A stretch of DNA of 64,000 nt. Source: Candidatus Babeliales bacterium. Its GTDB lineage: Bacteria > Babelota > Babeliae > Babelales > JANWKD01. The DNA is taken from the NCBI GenBank assembly GCA_963722075.1, contig CAVRJM010000001.1, positions 1,248,001 through 1,312,000 on the forward strand, in the 5' to 3' direction. Position numbers and translations under genes: made by a program. The notes below the pieces were generated by a model, which searched no databases, was not told where the DNA came from, and saw only the letters and a list, made by a program, of their open reading frames with translations. Of this stretch, positions 10,313 to 19,967 are shown in pieces. Within the stretch, counting starts at the first letter, position 1; each line of letters opens with the position of its first letter.

Positions 10313-10488
10313 CCTGGAGCCGCCTTCGCTAAATCCAGCCGTCGCTAAAGCTATGGCGGAGTAAACAGCTTCGACGCCCAGGTCCCCACGACGCCTTGTT
10401 CGCCGAAACCTATAGGTGAAGACTGGATCGGGACGACGATGGTCGAAAACAAAAGAACGTCGTTGCGAGCTTGTCGAAGCAATCCAGG
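10313..10488. repeat. Composite REP-like element with nested palindromic inserts
   Basis: GC-rich island; ends in CGTCGTTGCGAGCTTGTCGAAGCAATCCAGG; contains CCTTCGCTAAA and GCTAAAGCTATGGCGG modules. Confidence 0.75.
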
Positions 10489-10558
10489 AATATTTTAAAC
10501 ATCGATGACTTATTACTAATAACAATAATAACTAAAAACAAACACCAAAAACAATGCT

Positions 10559-10775
10559 TTAACTGATTAATTGAGGTAATTCTTGCAAGGCTTCTTGAAA
10601 CGGCATCACGGTAATACCGTCATGGTATTCTTTATGAGAACCTAAAAGCAAACAATATAATTTTGCTTGTGGGTAATCTTGGGCAAATTCTTTAAGGCAT
10701 TGGGCGTAATGCACAATAAACACCAGCATCAAAAAAATAGAATTTTTGATGCTGGTGTTTATCGTTTGGCTCGAT
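10559..10775 (-). pseudogene. Remnant of an AAA_14/DUF4143-type ATPase gene
   Basis: Minus-strand translation gives KFYFFDAGVYCALRP, then in another frame LKEFAQDYPQAKLYCLLLG...GITVMPFQEALQELPQLIS*. Confidence 0.6.
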
Positions 10776-10846
10776 GAGTAAAAGGAAAAATTCTATTTGC
10801 TAGTAGTAAGTCAAATTTGTTGGATTGCCTATCAAAAATTTAAAAT

Positions 10847-11251
10847 TTAATTATCAAATGCTGATTTGTGGCCATTATATTGGAATGGGCGGTAAATGCC
10901 ATATGCCATATCATCCCATATTTCATGAGCTCTTTTTTCTATATGAGGGTAAATATGGTTATAATAAAACCTATCAGGTGATTGGTTGGTTTCGCCTACA
11001 TATCCTTCAATCATGAATCGAACTTCTCTTTGAATTGCGCGTGTTACATACTGATGTGATACCCAGGCATTGTTCTTAACAGCTGCTTTGGCAGTCATCC
11101 CTGCGTCCTTTACACACTGATCGATAATAGGTTTGAATTGGGTTACTCTGTTTTGTAAGATTTCTAATGAGCTACCATAGGGTAGGATAGTTGCAATAGT
11201 TGTGTTAATTAATAAACAGATAAAAAGAAGTCTTTTTAAAGATATAAACAT
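10847..11251 (-). CDS. Hypothetical secreted protein
   Basis: Likely start MFISLKRLLFICLLINTTIA; no known motif. Confidence 0.55.
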   Translation of the reverse strand: MFISLKRLLFICLLINTTIATILPYGSSLEILQNRVTQFKPIIDQCVKDAGMTAKAAVKNNAWVSHQYVTRAIQREVRFMIEGYVGETNQSPDRFYYNHIYPHIEKRAHEIWDDMAYGIYRPFQYNGHKSAFDN

Positions 11252-11482
11252 TGGATTGTTCCTTTCATAGCTCCTTTTATAATAACAATATATCACAATA
11301 TTAAAATTTGTGAAAAAGGCTATTGGAACAGTGTTCTCGCTAAAGTCATAATTTCCTAAACAATTGCGATTTAATGCTTGTTATAATTGAATAATTGACA
11401 TATTTTCTATTAATTGTATATTTGAATATATCTAGGTAATCAAATCGAAATCTTACAATAAAAATGAAAATGAAGGTTACAT

Positions 11483-12010
11483 ATGGTTAAGTTCAAGGTT
11501 CGTATTAGCTTATTTTTGCTATTATTCATCTCTCTTTTTTCTAATACTTTTGCCATGTCGCGCTTAGGCGTGCTGAATATTTTCCAGCAAGGAATTAAGA
11601 AAATTATACCTTATAAATACACAATTTGTGCTGGAATAGGGTTAACTGGGGCAGGAATTATAGGTTATTTATTATATAACAAGTTTTATCAGTCCATAAT
11701 GCTAAAACACATTACTTATACGTTAAATTTAAATATGCCTTATGAATATGGTAACGGTTATTTTTATACAAAAAGCACAGATCTCTTTAAAGGCAAACGT
11801 GAGGAAATTACCTTACAAAAATATATAAGTGAGTGTGACTATATTAACGTAGTTTTAAAAAAACAACATGAACTGGATGAAATTGACTGGACATTTAGAA
11901 ATCAATTTTATGGACGATATATAGACAATGATAAAGAGCCATCAGATGACTTTCATCTGCACTATTTAACAGGACTTACGCATTGGTCGAAAGTTCTGAT
12001 TGGGACTTGA
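11483..12010 (+). CDS. Secreted protein with a TM segment, truncated by the IS (last 13 aa encoded by the IS)
   Basis: Signal TFA|MSR, TM segment; ORF runs through the IS left TIR at 11969. Confidence 0.6.
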   Translation: MVKFKVRISLFLLLFISLFSNTFAMSRLGVLNIFQQGIKKIIPYKYTICAGIGLTGAGIIGYLLYNKFYQSIMLKHITYTLNLNMPYEYGNGYFYTKSTDLFKGKREEITLQKYISECDYINVVLKKQHELDEIDWTFRNQFYGRYIDNDKEPSDDFHLHYLTGLTHWSKVLIGT

Positions 12011-13117
12011 AATAAATAAAAAAGGGTGCTTCAATTTTGTGAATTAAACAACAAAAGCAAAAAAGAAGGACACCCGAAATGAGAATAACAAATACAAATG
12101 AAGAATCAAGCACACCAAAATATGTAATGGGTTTATTAAAAACAACGGCACGAAAAGTTTGCACAAATATTTCTGAAACACTGGGAATAATGCATGATGT
12201 GCTCAATAGGGAAGTTGAAAAAGCAGCCCAGAATGCAGCAGAAATAACAAGCTCATTACAAAATGTTGCTCTAGAAAGTCTTAGCAATTGCGAAAGATAT
12301 TTGATAATCGATGATACTCCCGTAAATAAGCAATATGCTAACGATATTGAAGGATTAGAAATTGTTTATGATAGTAGTGAGAAAAGATCAGCTTTGGGAT
12401 TACGGTCTGTAATTGGCATGATCACTGATACCAGAGTAAGAATACCGATTGATGCGGAGATTATGATAAGCAAAGTATTTGGAGAAACCAATTACAAGAC
12501 AAAAAGTGAAATTGCTTACATTATTATAGAGCGTGTTCTAGGATCAATTCGGTTTAATTGGTTAATTGCAGATGCCCATTATGCGACTGAATACCTTCTG
12601 CCAAAGCTTTTTAACAGGTCAATAAAATTTCTGATGAAAATTCCCAGAAATCGCGTTGTTACTATTAACAATAAAACAGGACAATTGCAAAAAATTTTAC
12701 GTTTGAAAAAAAATAACAGATTTGCTTGTGGATACGGCACTATTTTTGGTCTTTCCTGTTATTTCTATGTGTTAAAAATTGATAAGGAAAAAATTATGTA
12801 TCTTATCAGTAGCCATCAGCTCGGCAAAGAGAAGCTAATTTCTACATATAAGATTCGTTGGCAAATTGAATGCTTCAATAGAACTGCCAAACAACTTCTT
12901 GGATTCAGCGAATGCCAAATGCGTTCTTTTAACATGCAGCGTGCGCATTTACTTTTCGTGTTATGGGCTTATGCTTTAGCCGACATAAGGCGGGTAAAAG
13001 ATAATTTCGACAATACTGAACAAGCTGTCAGATCCTTTCGGGTCGCAAAACCCCCTACACCATCTAGTTTATTTTATGCTTTTAAAGAGAACTCTTATGC
13101 TCTTGCGTAAGTCCTGT
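11969..13117 (+). mobile_element. IS701-like insertion sequence
   Basis: 14-bp perfect TIRs ACAGGACTTACGCA (11969-11982) and TGCGTAAGTCCTGT (13104-13117) enclosing a DDE transposase; no clear target-site duplication. Confidence 0.9.
12079..13110 (+). CDS. DDE transposase (IS701-like)
   Basis: IIDDT, IADAHY, YKIRWQIECFNRTAKQLLG motifs; stop codon lies inside the right TIR. Confidence 0.9.
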   Translation: MRITNTNEESSTPKYVMGLLKTTARKVCTNISETLGIMHDVLNREVEKAAQNAAEITSSLQNVALESLSNCERYLIIDDTPVNKQYANDIEGLEIVYDSSEKRSALGLRSVIGMITDTRVRIPIDAEIMISKVFGETNYKTKSEIAYIIIERVLGSIRFNWLIADAHYATEYLLPKLFNRSIKFLMKIPRNRVVTINNKTGQLQKILRLKKNNRFACGYGTIFGLSCYFYVLKIDKEKIMYLISSHQLGKEKLISTYKIRWQIECFNRTAKQLLGFSECQMRSFNMQRAHLLFVLWAYALADIRRVKDNFDNTEQAVRSFRVAKPPTPSSLFYAFKENSYALA

Positions 13118-13240
13118 GAGGAGTAGAATTGATCGAAAACAGGTAAAAAACATATTTGGCTCCTTTTTTAAAAATATATGAATATAATTAACATGATTGA
13201 TGAGAAAAAAGATAGCATTGAATAACTGCTAAGGAAAGTT

Positions 13241-13492
13241 ATGGATTTTGAAAAACTAAAACCATTTTCTATGCAAGCGCAATCGCTGCAAAAGGGAAAG
13301 TACCGACATTATAAAGGGGATGATTATGAAGTTCTTTTTGTGGGCCGCCATACTGAGACGTTGGAAGAGTTGGTGGTATACCGTGCTTTATATGGTTCAT
13401 ATGACGTGTGGATACGGCCAATAACGCTTTTCTTTGAAGATGTAGAATTTAAAGAGGCAATAGTGCCGCGGTTTGAGCGTATTGGTGAATAA
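13241..13492 (+). CDS. DUF1653 family protein
   Basis: GKYRHYKGDDYEV...HTETLEELVVYRALYG...WIRP...PRF. Confidence 0.9.
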   Translation: MDFEKLKPFSMQAQSLQKGKYRHYKGDDYEVLFVGRHTETLEELVVYRALYGSYDVWIRPITLFFEDVEFKEAIVPRFERIGE

Positions 13493-13500
13493 ATTATAAG

Positions 13501-13839
13501 TTATCTTCCTCGTTGCATTGCAGCGGCATAACCAAATTCATTAAAATACTTTTGCCAAAATTCGTCAGTAAAAGAATATTGATTATCGTACATGAAGTAA
13601 TCAATGAGGCATTCACGAGTGCGCAGTATTTCTTTAAGTCGTTTTCTATTTTTAGGATCAGCAATTGTTAAATCTAACAATTCAATTACTCGTTCAAATG
13701 CAGATTGGCTATATTGAAGATCCCCTTTTTTTCTCCATTGGATTGTTCGCTCAACATCGCTCCCAATATTTGCTAATTGTTCCATAAGAGAGAACTTAAA
13801 CCATCTGCCGGCTGCTAAGGTAGGATGATATACTTTCAT
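13501..13839 (-). CDS. Conserved hypothetical protein, partner of the DUF5674-like gene
   Basis: GRWFKFSLMEQLANIGSDVER; ATGA overlap with the upstream gene. Confidence 0.7.
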   Translation of the reverse strand: MKVYHPTLAAGRWFKFSLMEQLANIGSDVERTIQWRKKGDLQYSQSAFERVIELLDLTIADPKNRKRLKEILRTRECLIDYFMYDNQYSFTDEFWQKYFNEFGYAAAMQRGR

Positions 13840-14176
13840 TTAATCACCAATTTATTAACGATAGTAATTATTTTTTTTCGAATTATTGGATCATCAATGT
13901 AACGGCTTCTATTATTTTGCGAAGGCCGAATATTTATCATAGAATCAAATTCTATCCAATCTTCAGAGGTTTTGAGGGGATAAATATTTATCCCCCAGAG
14001 ATTTTCTTGTTGAGAGCCCATTTCTAATAGGAGTTCTTCTTGATCTGCATGAAGTCTGCATCAACAACCATGATTTCTTTTTCAATATCAACAACAGCCT
14101 TTACCAAGTTGTTAAACATTTTGGATGCCATTGGCTTTAATTCTTCTAAGGAAATAGGTTCCTTGACAATATGCAT
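13836..14176 (-). pseudogene. DUF5674-like gene with a 1-bp frameshift
   Basis: MHIVKEPISLEELK...VKAVVDIEKEIMVVDAD, frame break near 14053, then HADQEELLLEMGSQQENLWGINIYP...SMINIRPSQNNRS. Confidence 0.7.
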
Positions 14177-14289
14177 AGACCCTCAAAATATTAAATATTT
14201 TAAATGCTCTTTAATTATACTACCGTTTTTATAGATTGTCTTGAGTATGCAATAGGTGGGGTTCTATAAGATTTTTATTATAAAAAATC

Positions 14290-14552
14290 AATCACTAGCA
14301 AGTACTACAAAACAGCAATAGCATGCTAAACAGGGAGTCATTAAGCATTTAGTGAATTTTTAACAAAAACAATAAGCGTCTTCATTTCTCCCAACAATTA
14401 CTGCAATCTCGCTGGGAATCGAGTGGAACATCTACTAAATTCTGCTGGTCTTCATTTAATAATTGTATTGTTACATGATTACTTTTATTATCCATCCCAT
14501 ACATTTATATATAGGAAAATAACATTACAAACCAGAAAAGTTTTTTTTGCAT
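14290..14552 (-). pseudogene. Decayed secreted-protein gene of the signal+Met class
   Basis: MQKKLFWFVMLFFL, frameshift, then YG|MDNKSNHVTIQLLNEDQQNLVDVPLDSQRDCSNCWEK*; 3' extent uncertain. Confidence 0.4.
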
Positions 14553-14738
14553 AAGCTTCCTTTCTTTAAATTTCTGACCAATCTAGTAATCGATTAATGG
14601 ATTTGTCAGAAAAAATATCATAAAAACAGGTTAGGAGGCAAAAAATATAAATTATCGTTTTCCTTCATTTTTTATTTTTTTATACTTGCTTTTAGAATTT
14701 ATGGTATAAAATTCTGCTATTTCTGATATTAATAAAGG

Positions 14739-16001
14739 TTAGTTGATTTGGCCCATAAATTGTAACAAGTTAAGCCACTGCGAATCTTGGGCAAAAGTCG
14801 TTTTATAATAAGAACTATCAATAACATTGTATGGAAGATATATCGAAAGCCCGTACGCATTGTTTCTTGATTTAAATCCGCCACAATGAGCCACTGCCAT
14901 ATGAGAAACGGTTTCGTAAAAATCGTTAAAAGCTTTTTTTAAATGATCATCGTAATATTCTAATGGTAATTGTTCTTCTACTAATTTGATGAATGCAACC
15001 ATATCGGTATACATTGGCCACATGCAAAAGCGAGGAGCTCTATTGCATGCCTGTTCTAGGATTGGTTTAATTTCAGGAATTTCAAGTAATAAAGTAAGTA
15101 CCGCATCAAATTTTTCACGAACTTGATTTACTACTGAAAGATCTACGGCGGCATGGGTATAAACTCCTGATACATCATTTTTTGTGTAATAAGAATCAAA
15201 AGCTTTTACCATCTGTGCAGCTAATTGAGCGGGTGAGGGATTAGAATTTATGAAACTAATGATTGGTTCATAATTAAACCCATCGCGTAATGAACAACTT
15301 TGGTTGCCTACTAAATAGTGTGCATAGGGAGCACATTGATAGGCAATTTCAACCATGGCTCCCATGCAGGTATCAAAAGCAAGGATATCGATTTTTTTGC
15401 CATTAAGAATGTTTTGAGTAATAAATGCTAAGCTTTTTATCAATTTTTTATTTGTAAGATATTGGTGAGCATTGTCGTTAAACATAAAGCCGCGATGATT
15501 TTTATGTTCTTCTAATTGCTGAACAAATGAACGCTTAATGCTGCAGGGGCCTTCAATAGGGCATGAGTTATTGCTTGCATTATGTACCGATTCCCATTGT
15601 TCTGATTCAGTATTCCATATGGGATCTAAGATGCCCCAGCCATGATTAGATAAAATGAGCATGGTGTGTTCTGCGTCGTCATTTTTAAATGCCCATTGAG
15701 CTGCATTAATAAAATCATTAAAGGGATTACCGCTTAAATTAACTTCTTCAATAAAATGTAAATTATTATTGCTGATGCGGTATCGTAGCCCTGCATTATA
15801 ATAGGCATGTACCTGAATAAGAAGTTCTATGGAATCATTTGGGTTGCCGCGCATCATATCAGTGATATTTTTAATTGCCATGTCACTCAAATCATCACTT
15901 GAATCCATGTAAATAAAAATATTCCAGGAATGTGCTATTAATGGATTGTAAGTAAATGATGCGATAATCAATGCAAGAAAGAAAATAGATGTGCGATTCA
16001 T
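14739..16001 (-). CDS. Clostripain-like cysteine peptidase (family C11), secreted
   Basis: WNIFIYMDSSDDL, catalytic SNHGWG and FDTCMG, GLSIYLP; likely start MNRTSIFF. Confidence 0.85.
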   Translation of the reverse strand: MNRTSIFFLALIIASFTYNPLIAHSWNIFIYMDSSDDLSDMAIKNITDMMRGNPNDSIELLIQVHAYYNAGLRYRISNNNLHFIEEVNLSGNPFNDFINAAQWAFKNDDAEHTMLILSNHGWGILDPIWNTESEQWESVHNASNNSCPIEGPCSIKRSFVQQLEEHKNHRGFMFNDNAHQYLTNKKLIKSLAFITQNILNGKKIDILAFDTCMGAMVEIAYQCAPYAHYLVGNQSCSLRDGFNYEPIISFINSNPSPAQLAAQMVKAFDSYYTKNDVSGVYTHAAVDLSVVNQVREKFDAVLTLLLEIPEIKPILEQACNRAPRFCMWPMYTDMVAFIKLVEEQLPLEYYDDHLKKAFNDFYETVSHMAVAHCGGFKSRNNAYGLSIYLPYNVIDSSYYKTTFAQDSQWLNLLQFMGQIN

Positions 16002-16177
16002 AATAATTCTCCCTAAAAATTTATCCCTATCCAAATAAATATAATTAATGATGTAAATTTTTCTCAATAAAATGTTATTTTCCACGGCATTCATACAGCT
16101 GTAAACGTTTGATCTTACCATATAAAAATGGTAAATCTTGAAAAGTTGAATTCAATTTTTGTTTAAAGGGAATAGTA

Positions 16178-16882
16178 ATGCACAAACACAAACATACAAT
16201 TATATTTTTGTTTTCAATTTTTTGTATCTTTGAATCACTATATTCAATGAAATGTAATCGGAAAAAAGTTTTTGCGATGGTGTTTAATTCAGTGCAACAA
16301 AACCGGTCATCAGCCAATCTTTTTAGGCCATTATGTCATTATAATGCGATAGCAGAAAATGATTTAAGTATAAGTCAACCATATAGAACATATTCAACTA
16401 ATAATGAAGAAAATATACCTGAAGACCCTTATATTTCTTTTTGTACTGATCGAGAACTATTAAAAGAACTTATTGATGCTCGACTAAAAATGGTAAGAGA
16501 ATTTAATAATGAACGTATCCAGGCTCATTCGGATGGGCTATTTGATTTATTCCTAGGAGGAGTGTTAGTTATACCAGCTTTTGGATTAGGTGATCTTCTA
16601 ACAGAATTTTATAGCTGTTCTTTATCGTTAAGTTGCCCCCTAAAATCTATTTTGGCTCTTATAATAAGTTCTCCGTTTGCTGCATTTGACGGAGCGCTTT
16701 TAGGCGGATCGGCATTTTGCATTTTGGCTGGGATATATTGGACAACCAAACCGTTTATTTCAATTCCTGCGGAAATTAAAGCACGATCAATTGCGCGTCA
16801 AGCAGTTAAATCTCAAGAAAAAAAGCTAAAAGAAAAAGCAAAATTACTTGGTTTATCTGAAAACGCAATAAAAACGAAATGA
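16178..16882 (+). CDS. Secreted membrane protein with a presequence-like segment
   Basis: Signal LYS|MK, basic stretch ending RTYST, two hydrophobic segments. Confidence 0.6.
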   Translation: MHKHKHTIIFLFSIFCIFESLYSMKCNRKKVFAMVFNSVQQNRSSANLFRPLCHYNAIAENDLSISQPYRTYSTNNEENIPEDPYISFCTDRELLKELIDARLKMVREFNNERIQAHSDGLFDLFLGGVLVIPAFGLGDLLTEFYSCSLSLSCPLKSILALIISSPFAAFDGALLGGSAFCILAGIYWTTKPFISIPAEIKARSIARQAVKSQEKKLKEKAKLLGLSENAIKTK

Positions 16883-16914
16883 TGTAACATTATTTTCCCT
16901 AAAAATTTATTTCC

Positions 16915-17394
16915 CTATACAGCTCTTGGCCAATTCCCGTGACCAAGAGTAAGACTTTTTCTTTCATGAGATTGTTCTTCATTATTATTCTCTTGTATAG
17001 ATTCGCTATCTGTTGATATATTTTTATAAATTATAAATTTTGCTGTTGCATAGGAAACACCGATTGTTGATAACCCCCATAAAAAACCAAGTAAGCCCCT
17101 ATAGGTCGTATAAAATGATTGGCTGTTTTGAGCTTCACGACATAAGCATAATTCTAGCTTTCTTATATCGTACGTATTATTAGAGTTATATGTTAATGTT
17201 TGTTCGATAGTTTCTTTGTATGGTGCAAGATTAAAATAAGAAGTTACAGAAGTTTCTTTTCCACCAATAAAAAATTTATTCGTAAAAAAATCACCGGCCT
17301 TATCAGCTTTTACTGCTCTTTTAAAAATTCGATGCATGCCAAAATTAGTGCTGAAAGATATTATAAGAAGCAATAGCAAAAATAGTTTATTCAT
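16915..17394 (-). CDS. Hypothetical secreted protein with a TM segment
   Basis: Signal NFG|MHRIFKR; one TM segment near the C-terminus. Confidence 0.55.
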   Translation of the reverse strand: MNKLFLLLLLIISFSTNFGMHRIFKRAVKADKAGDFFTNKFFIGGKETSVTSYFNLAPYKETIEQTLTYNSNNTYDIRKLELCLCREAQNSQSFYTTYRGLLGFLWGLSTIGVSYATAKFIIYKNISTDSESIQENNNEEQSHERKSLTLGHGNWPRAV

Positions 17395-17472
17395 GACCGT
17401 CCTTTTTAGTTAGATCTTAATGATATTGAAGATACTGTAGCAAATAATAATTTAAACTACAACGCGACTTAT

Positions 17473-17901
17473 TTATTTCTGCCAACCATGTTCAGAATAG
17501 ATGATATTTTGCTGAATCATCTCTAATGCATGTCGATGAGCAGGGACCATATTTTCAGGCAATTTATCTAATGAAAACCATTGCATATCATCATGACGAT
17601 CGGGTTCATTATTACATAAGTTGCCATTCCATTGCGATACGGTAAAAACACAAGCAAAAAATTCAGGCTCATTGCATTTGCGATACATTACATGAATAAA
17701 TTCCAAATCATCGTGGTTAATAATTAAGCCAAGACTATTTTTTGCTTCGCGCACTAGAGTATCGCGTGCGGTTTGGCCTACTTCTATTTGCCCGCCAGGT
17801 AATGAATAACAATTGTTACAAAAAGGTGTGTTGATTCTTCTGAGTAAAAGAATTTCATGATTAAGATTAAATAAGAGTAAGAGTGCAAAATTTGGAAACA
17901 T
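17473..17901 (-). CDS. NUDIX hydrolase
   Basis: LPGGQIEVGQTARDTLVREAKNSLG (degenerate Nudix box), NNEPDRHDDMQWF. Confidence 0.85.
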   Translation of the reverse strand: MFPNFALLLLFNLNHEILLLRRINTPFCNNCYSLPGGQIEVGQTARDTLVREAKNSLGLIINHDDLEFIHVMYRKCNEPEFFACVFTVSQWNGNLCNNEPDRHDDMQWFSLDKLPENMVPAHRHALEMIQQNIIYSEHGWQK

Positions 17902-18055
17902 ATCTTTTCTTTAATTAATTATCGTTTAAGTAACACTATATATAAAATTCTTATTTAAAAATCAAAATAATTTTTTTAAAACTTCCTATACATTTCTATT
18001 GTTTCTATTAGACTCGAAACAATTGCGGTGATTTACTTTAACATAAGGGGTTTTT

Positions 18056-19489
18056 ATGAATTTATTTATATTGGCATTTTATTTTGCGGTTTCTTTTGGC
18101 GGTGTTATTAATGCAATGGAAGACGCAAGCGATGTAAATAATGACCCACATTTTTTAGCACTGAAATCAATGCCACCTTTAGTTGATGGAATAATAAAGG
18201 CTAATGAATGTCCTTTTGTAACTGAGCGATCCATACAGCCTTTAACGAGATTATGTATTCCCGCGCTGAATGCGTATGTTCGAGCTCAAATTCAGCATAA
18301 CCCTCAATTTAATGTAACGCAATTTGAAAATTTGCTTTTATTAATTGGTGAGCATAGTTCTTATTTACAACAATCTCTTGCGCAAGAAATTGATACGGTG
18401 CCGCTTGAAATACAATATGAAGAAGACAAAAACGAAAAGGAAAACTATATATATGAAATAAAACTTGCGGGTTCAAATATGATTATCAGTCAAAAGGAGA
18501 AAGCTTTATTTACAAGAGAAAATAAATTAAAAAAAATTGCGAGCAAAAAACGGTCTCATATAACATCTATTAATGATAATACATTTGTTGATGGGAGAAA
18601 ATATTTTTCTATTTCAAATAATGGCAGGGTAGCATATCTCGATAAGACTTCTTTATATTTACAACTACCGTCGGATATAAATGATTGGTTACCAATAAGC
18701 TTTTTAAATGAATTATCACTATCTGAATCTTCTTCACCGGGATCTACTAAAGGACGTAATAGCTGTGCATGTGTTACATTTAGCCCCAATCAAGATTATT
18801 GCTTTGTAGGTACTACCGGTGGGGAAATTTTTAGGATTAATTTTCCTGCAGTGCTAGAATTAACCAAGAAAATATCTAAACATAGCATTAAGGCACTTTA
18901 TTGCGCAACTAATGGCTGTGTGTATGTTTCAGATGATAATGAGAAAAACTTCGTCTGGTATAATGAGGATATATTTGAATTACCATTTAAACAGCATACT
19001 AAAGAGATAATAAGTTCTGCAGATAATAATCTTGTTGCATTTCAACATCAAAACAATGAAGAAGTTTCAATAGTTGATTGGCATGCTCGTTCTATCGTTA
19101 CTCTCAAATTAGGTAAAATAGTAGCCATTACCCCCGATCATACAATTATAGCATCACGTGGTGAAGAGTTATTATTCTATAATATTCATGGCGAACTATT
19201 AAACAAAATCCAATTGTCTGCGGGGAGCACCGTATTTGGCAATACCGTTCCTTCATTTGATCCTCAAACCCCCTTATATGTGGTTGCAACAAAAGAAGAG
19301 CAAATTATCGTAGTTGATGATTATGAAACTTATGATGATACATGGATTCCAAGCATGAGTAGAGCTCCTAATTGCAAAAAAGTTGGTTCGCATACAGAAA
19401 AAAAATTAAAAAATTGCTTATGGTTTCCAAAGCAACTTTCAACTCAAGAATTATTTGATGAACTTAGTAAATTGCGTAAAAAAGAGTGA
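18056..19489 (+). CDS. Secreted WD40/beta-propeller-like protein
   Basis: Signal INA|MED; CVTFSPNQDYCFVGTTGGEI and other propeller-like strands. Confidence 0.6.
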   Translation: MNLFILAFYFAVSFGGVINAMEDASDVNNDPHFLALKSMPPLVDGIIKANECPFVTERSIQPLTRLCIPALNAYVRAQIQHNPQFNVTQFENLLLLIGEHSSYLQQSLAQEIDTVPLEIQYEEDKNEKENYIYEIKLAGSNMIISQKEKALFTRENKLKKIASKKRSHITSINDNTFVDGRKYFSISNNGRVAYLDKTSLYLQLPSDINDWLPISFLNELSLSESSSPGSTKGRNSCACVTFSPNQDYCFVGTTGGEIFRINFPAVLELTKKISKHSIKALYCATNGCVYVSDDNEKNFVWYNEDIFELPFKQHTKEIISSADNNLVAFQHQNNEEVSIVDWHARSIVTLKLGKIVAITPDHTIIASRGEELLFYNIHGELLNKIQLSAGSTVFGNTVPSFDPQTPLYVVATKEEQIIVVDDYETYDDTWIPSMSRAPNCKKVGSHTEKKLKNCLWFPKQLSTQELFDELSKLRKKE

Positions 19490-19535
19490 TTTTAAGTTTA
19501 TACTATTATTAAAGGCTTATTGAAAGGAATTTGAT

Positions 19536-19940
19536 ATGAAATCATTTATAGCATTATTTTATTTTTCTGTATTATTTTTTTCTGGAGTGATAAATGCAAT
19601 GGAAGCTAGTGAAGCGAAAAAAGTTGCTGAAGCAGCAGAAATAAAGGTAACAAAGGAGGCGTCTCTTATTGCCATAGTTGCAGCACAAGAAAAACAAAAA
19701 CATGATGCTTGTTATGATAAATGCCCCGGTATGAAGAAAATAGATACCAGTAAAAAAAAGAATAACGATGATGATTTTGATTATACTAAGTGGTGTCCTG
19801 GTATGAGACCACCTACAAGAAATGCAACTGAATCAGCTAACAATAAATCAAACGATAATGATTTTGGTGAACGATGGTGGCCTTCATATGAATCTACTCA
19901 TACAAAAAATGATAGTAAGCATTATGATTGGGTTCCGTAA
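19536..19940 (+). CDS. Secreted protein with four aromatic/Pro repeats
   Basis: Signal INA|MEA; repeats YDKCPGM, TKWCPGM, ERWWPSY, YDWVP. Confidence 0.65.
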   Translation: MKSFIALFYFSVLFFSGVINAMEASEAKKVAEAAEIKVTKEASLIAIVAAQEKQKHDACYDKCPGMKKIDTSKKKNNDDDFDYTKWCPGMRPPTRNATESANNKSNDNDFGERWWPSYESTHTKNDSKHYDWVP

Positions 19941-19967
19941 AAGATCTATAAATTAATGGAGGTTATT

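Noticed and set aside
10307..10525. Short ORFs overlapping REP clusters (also 29574, 37113, 37210, 40863)
   Set aside because: They are translations of palindromic repeats, with no RBS or protein motif.
14571..14612. Imperfect inverted repeat TTTCTGAC...GTCAGAAA as a mobile-element end
   Set aside because: Single copy with no partner or target duplication; at most a terminator or operator.
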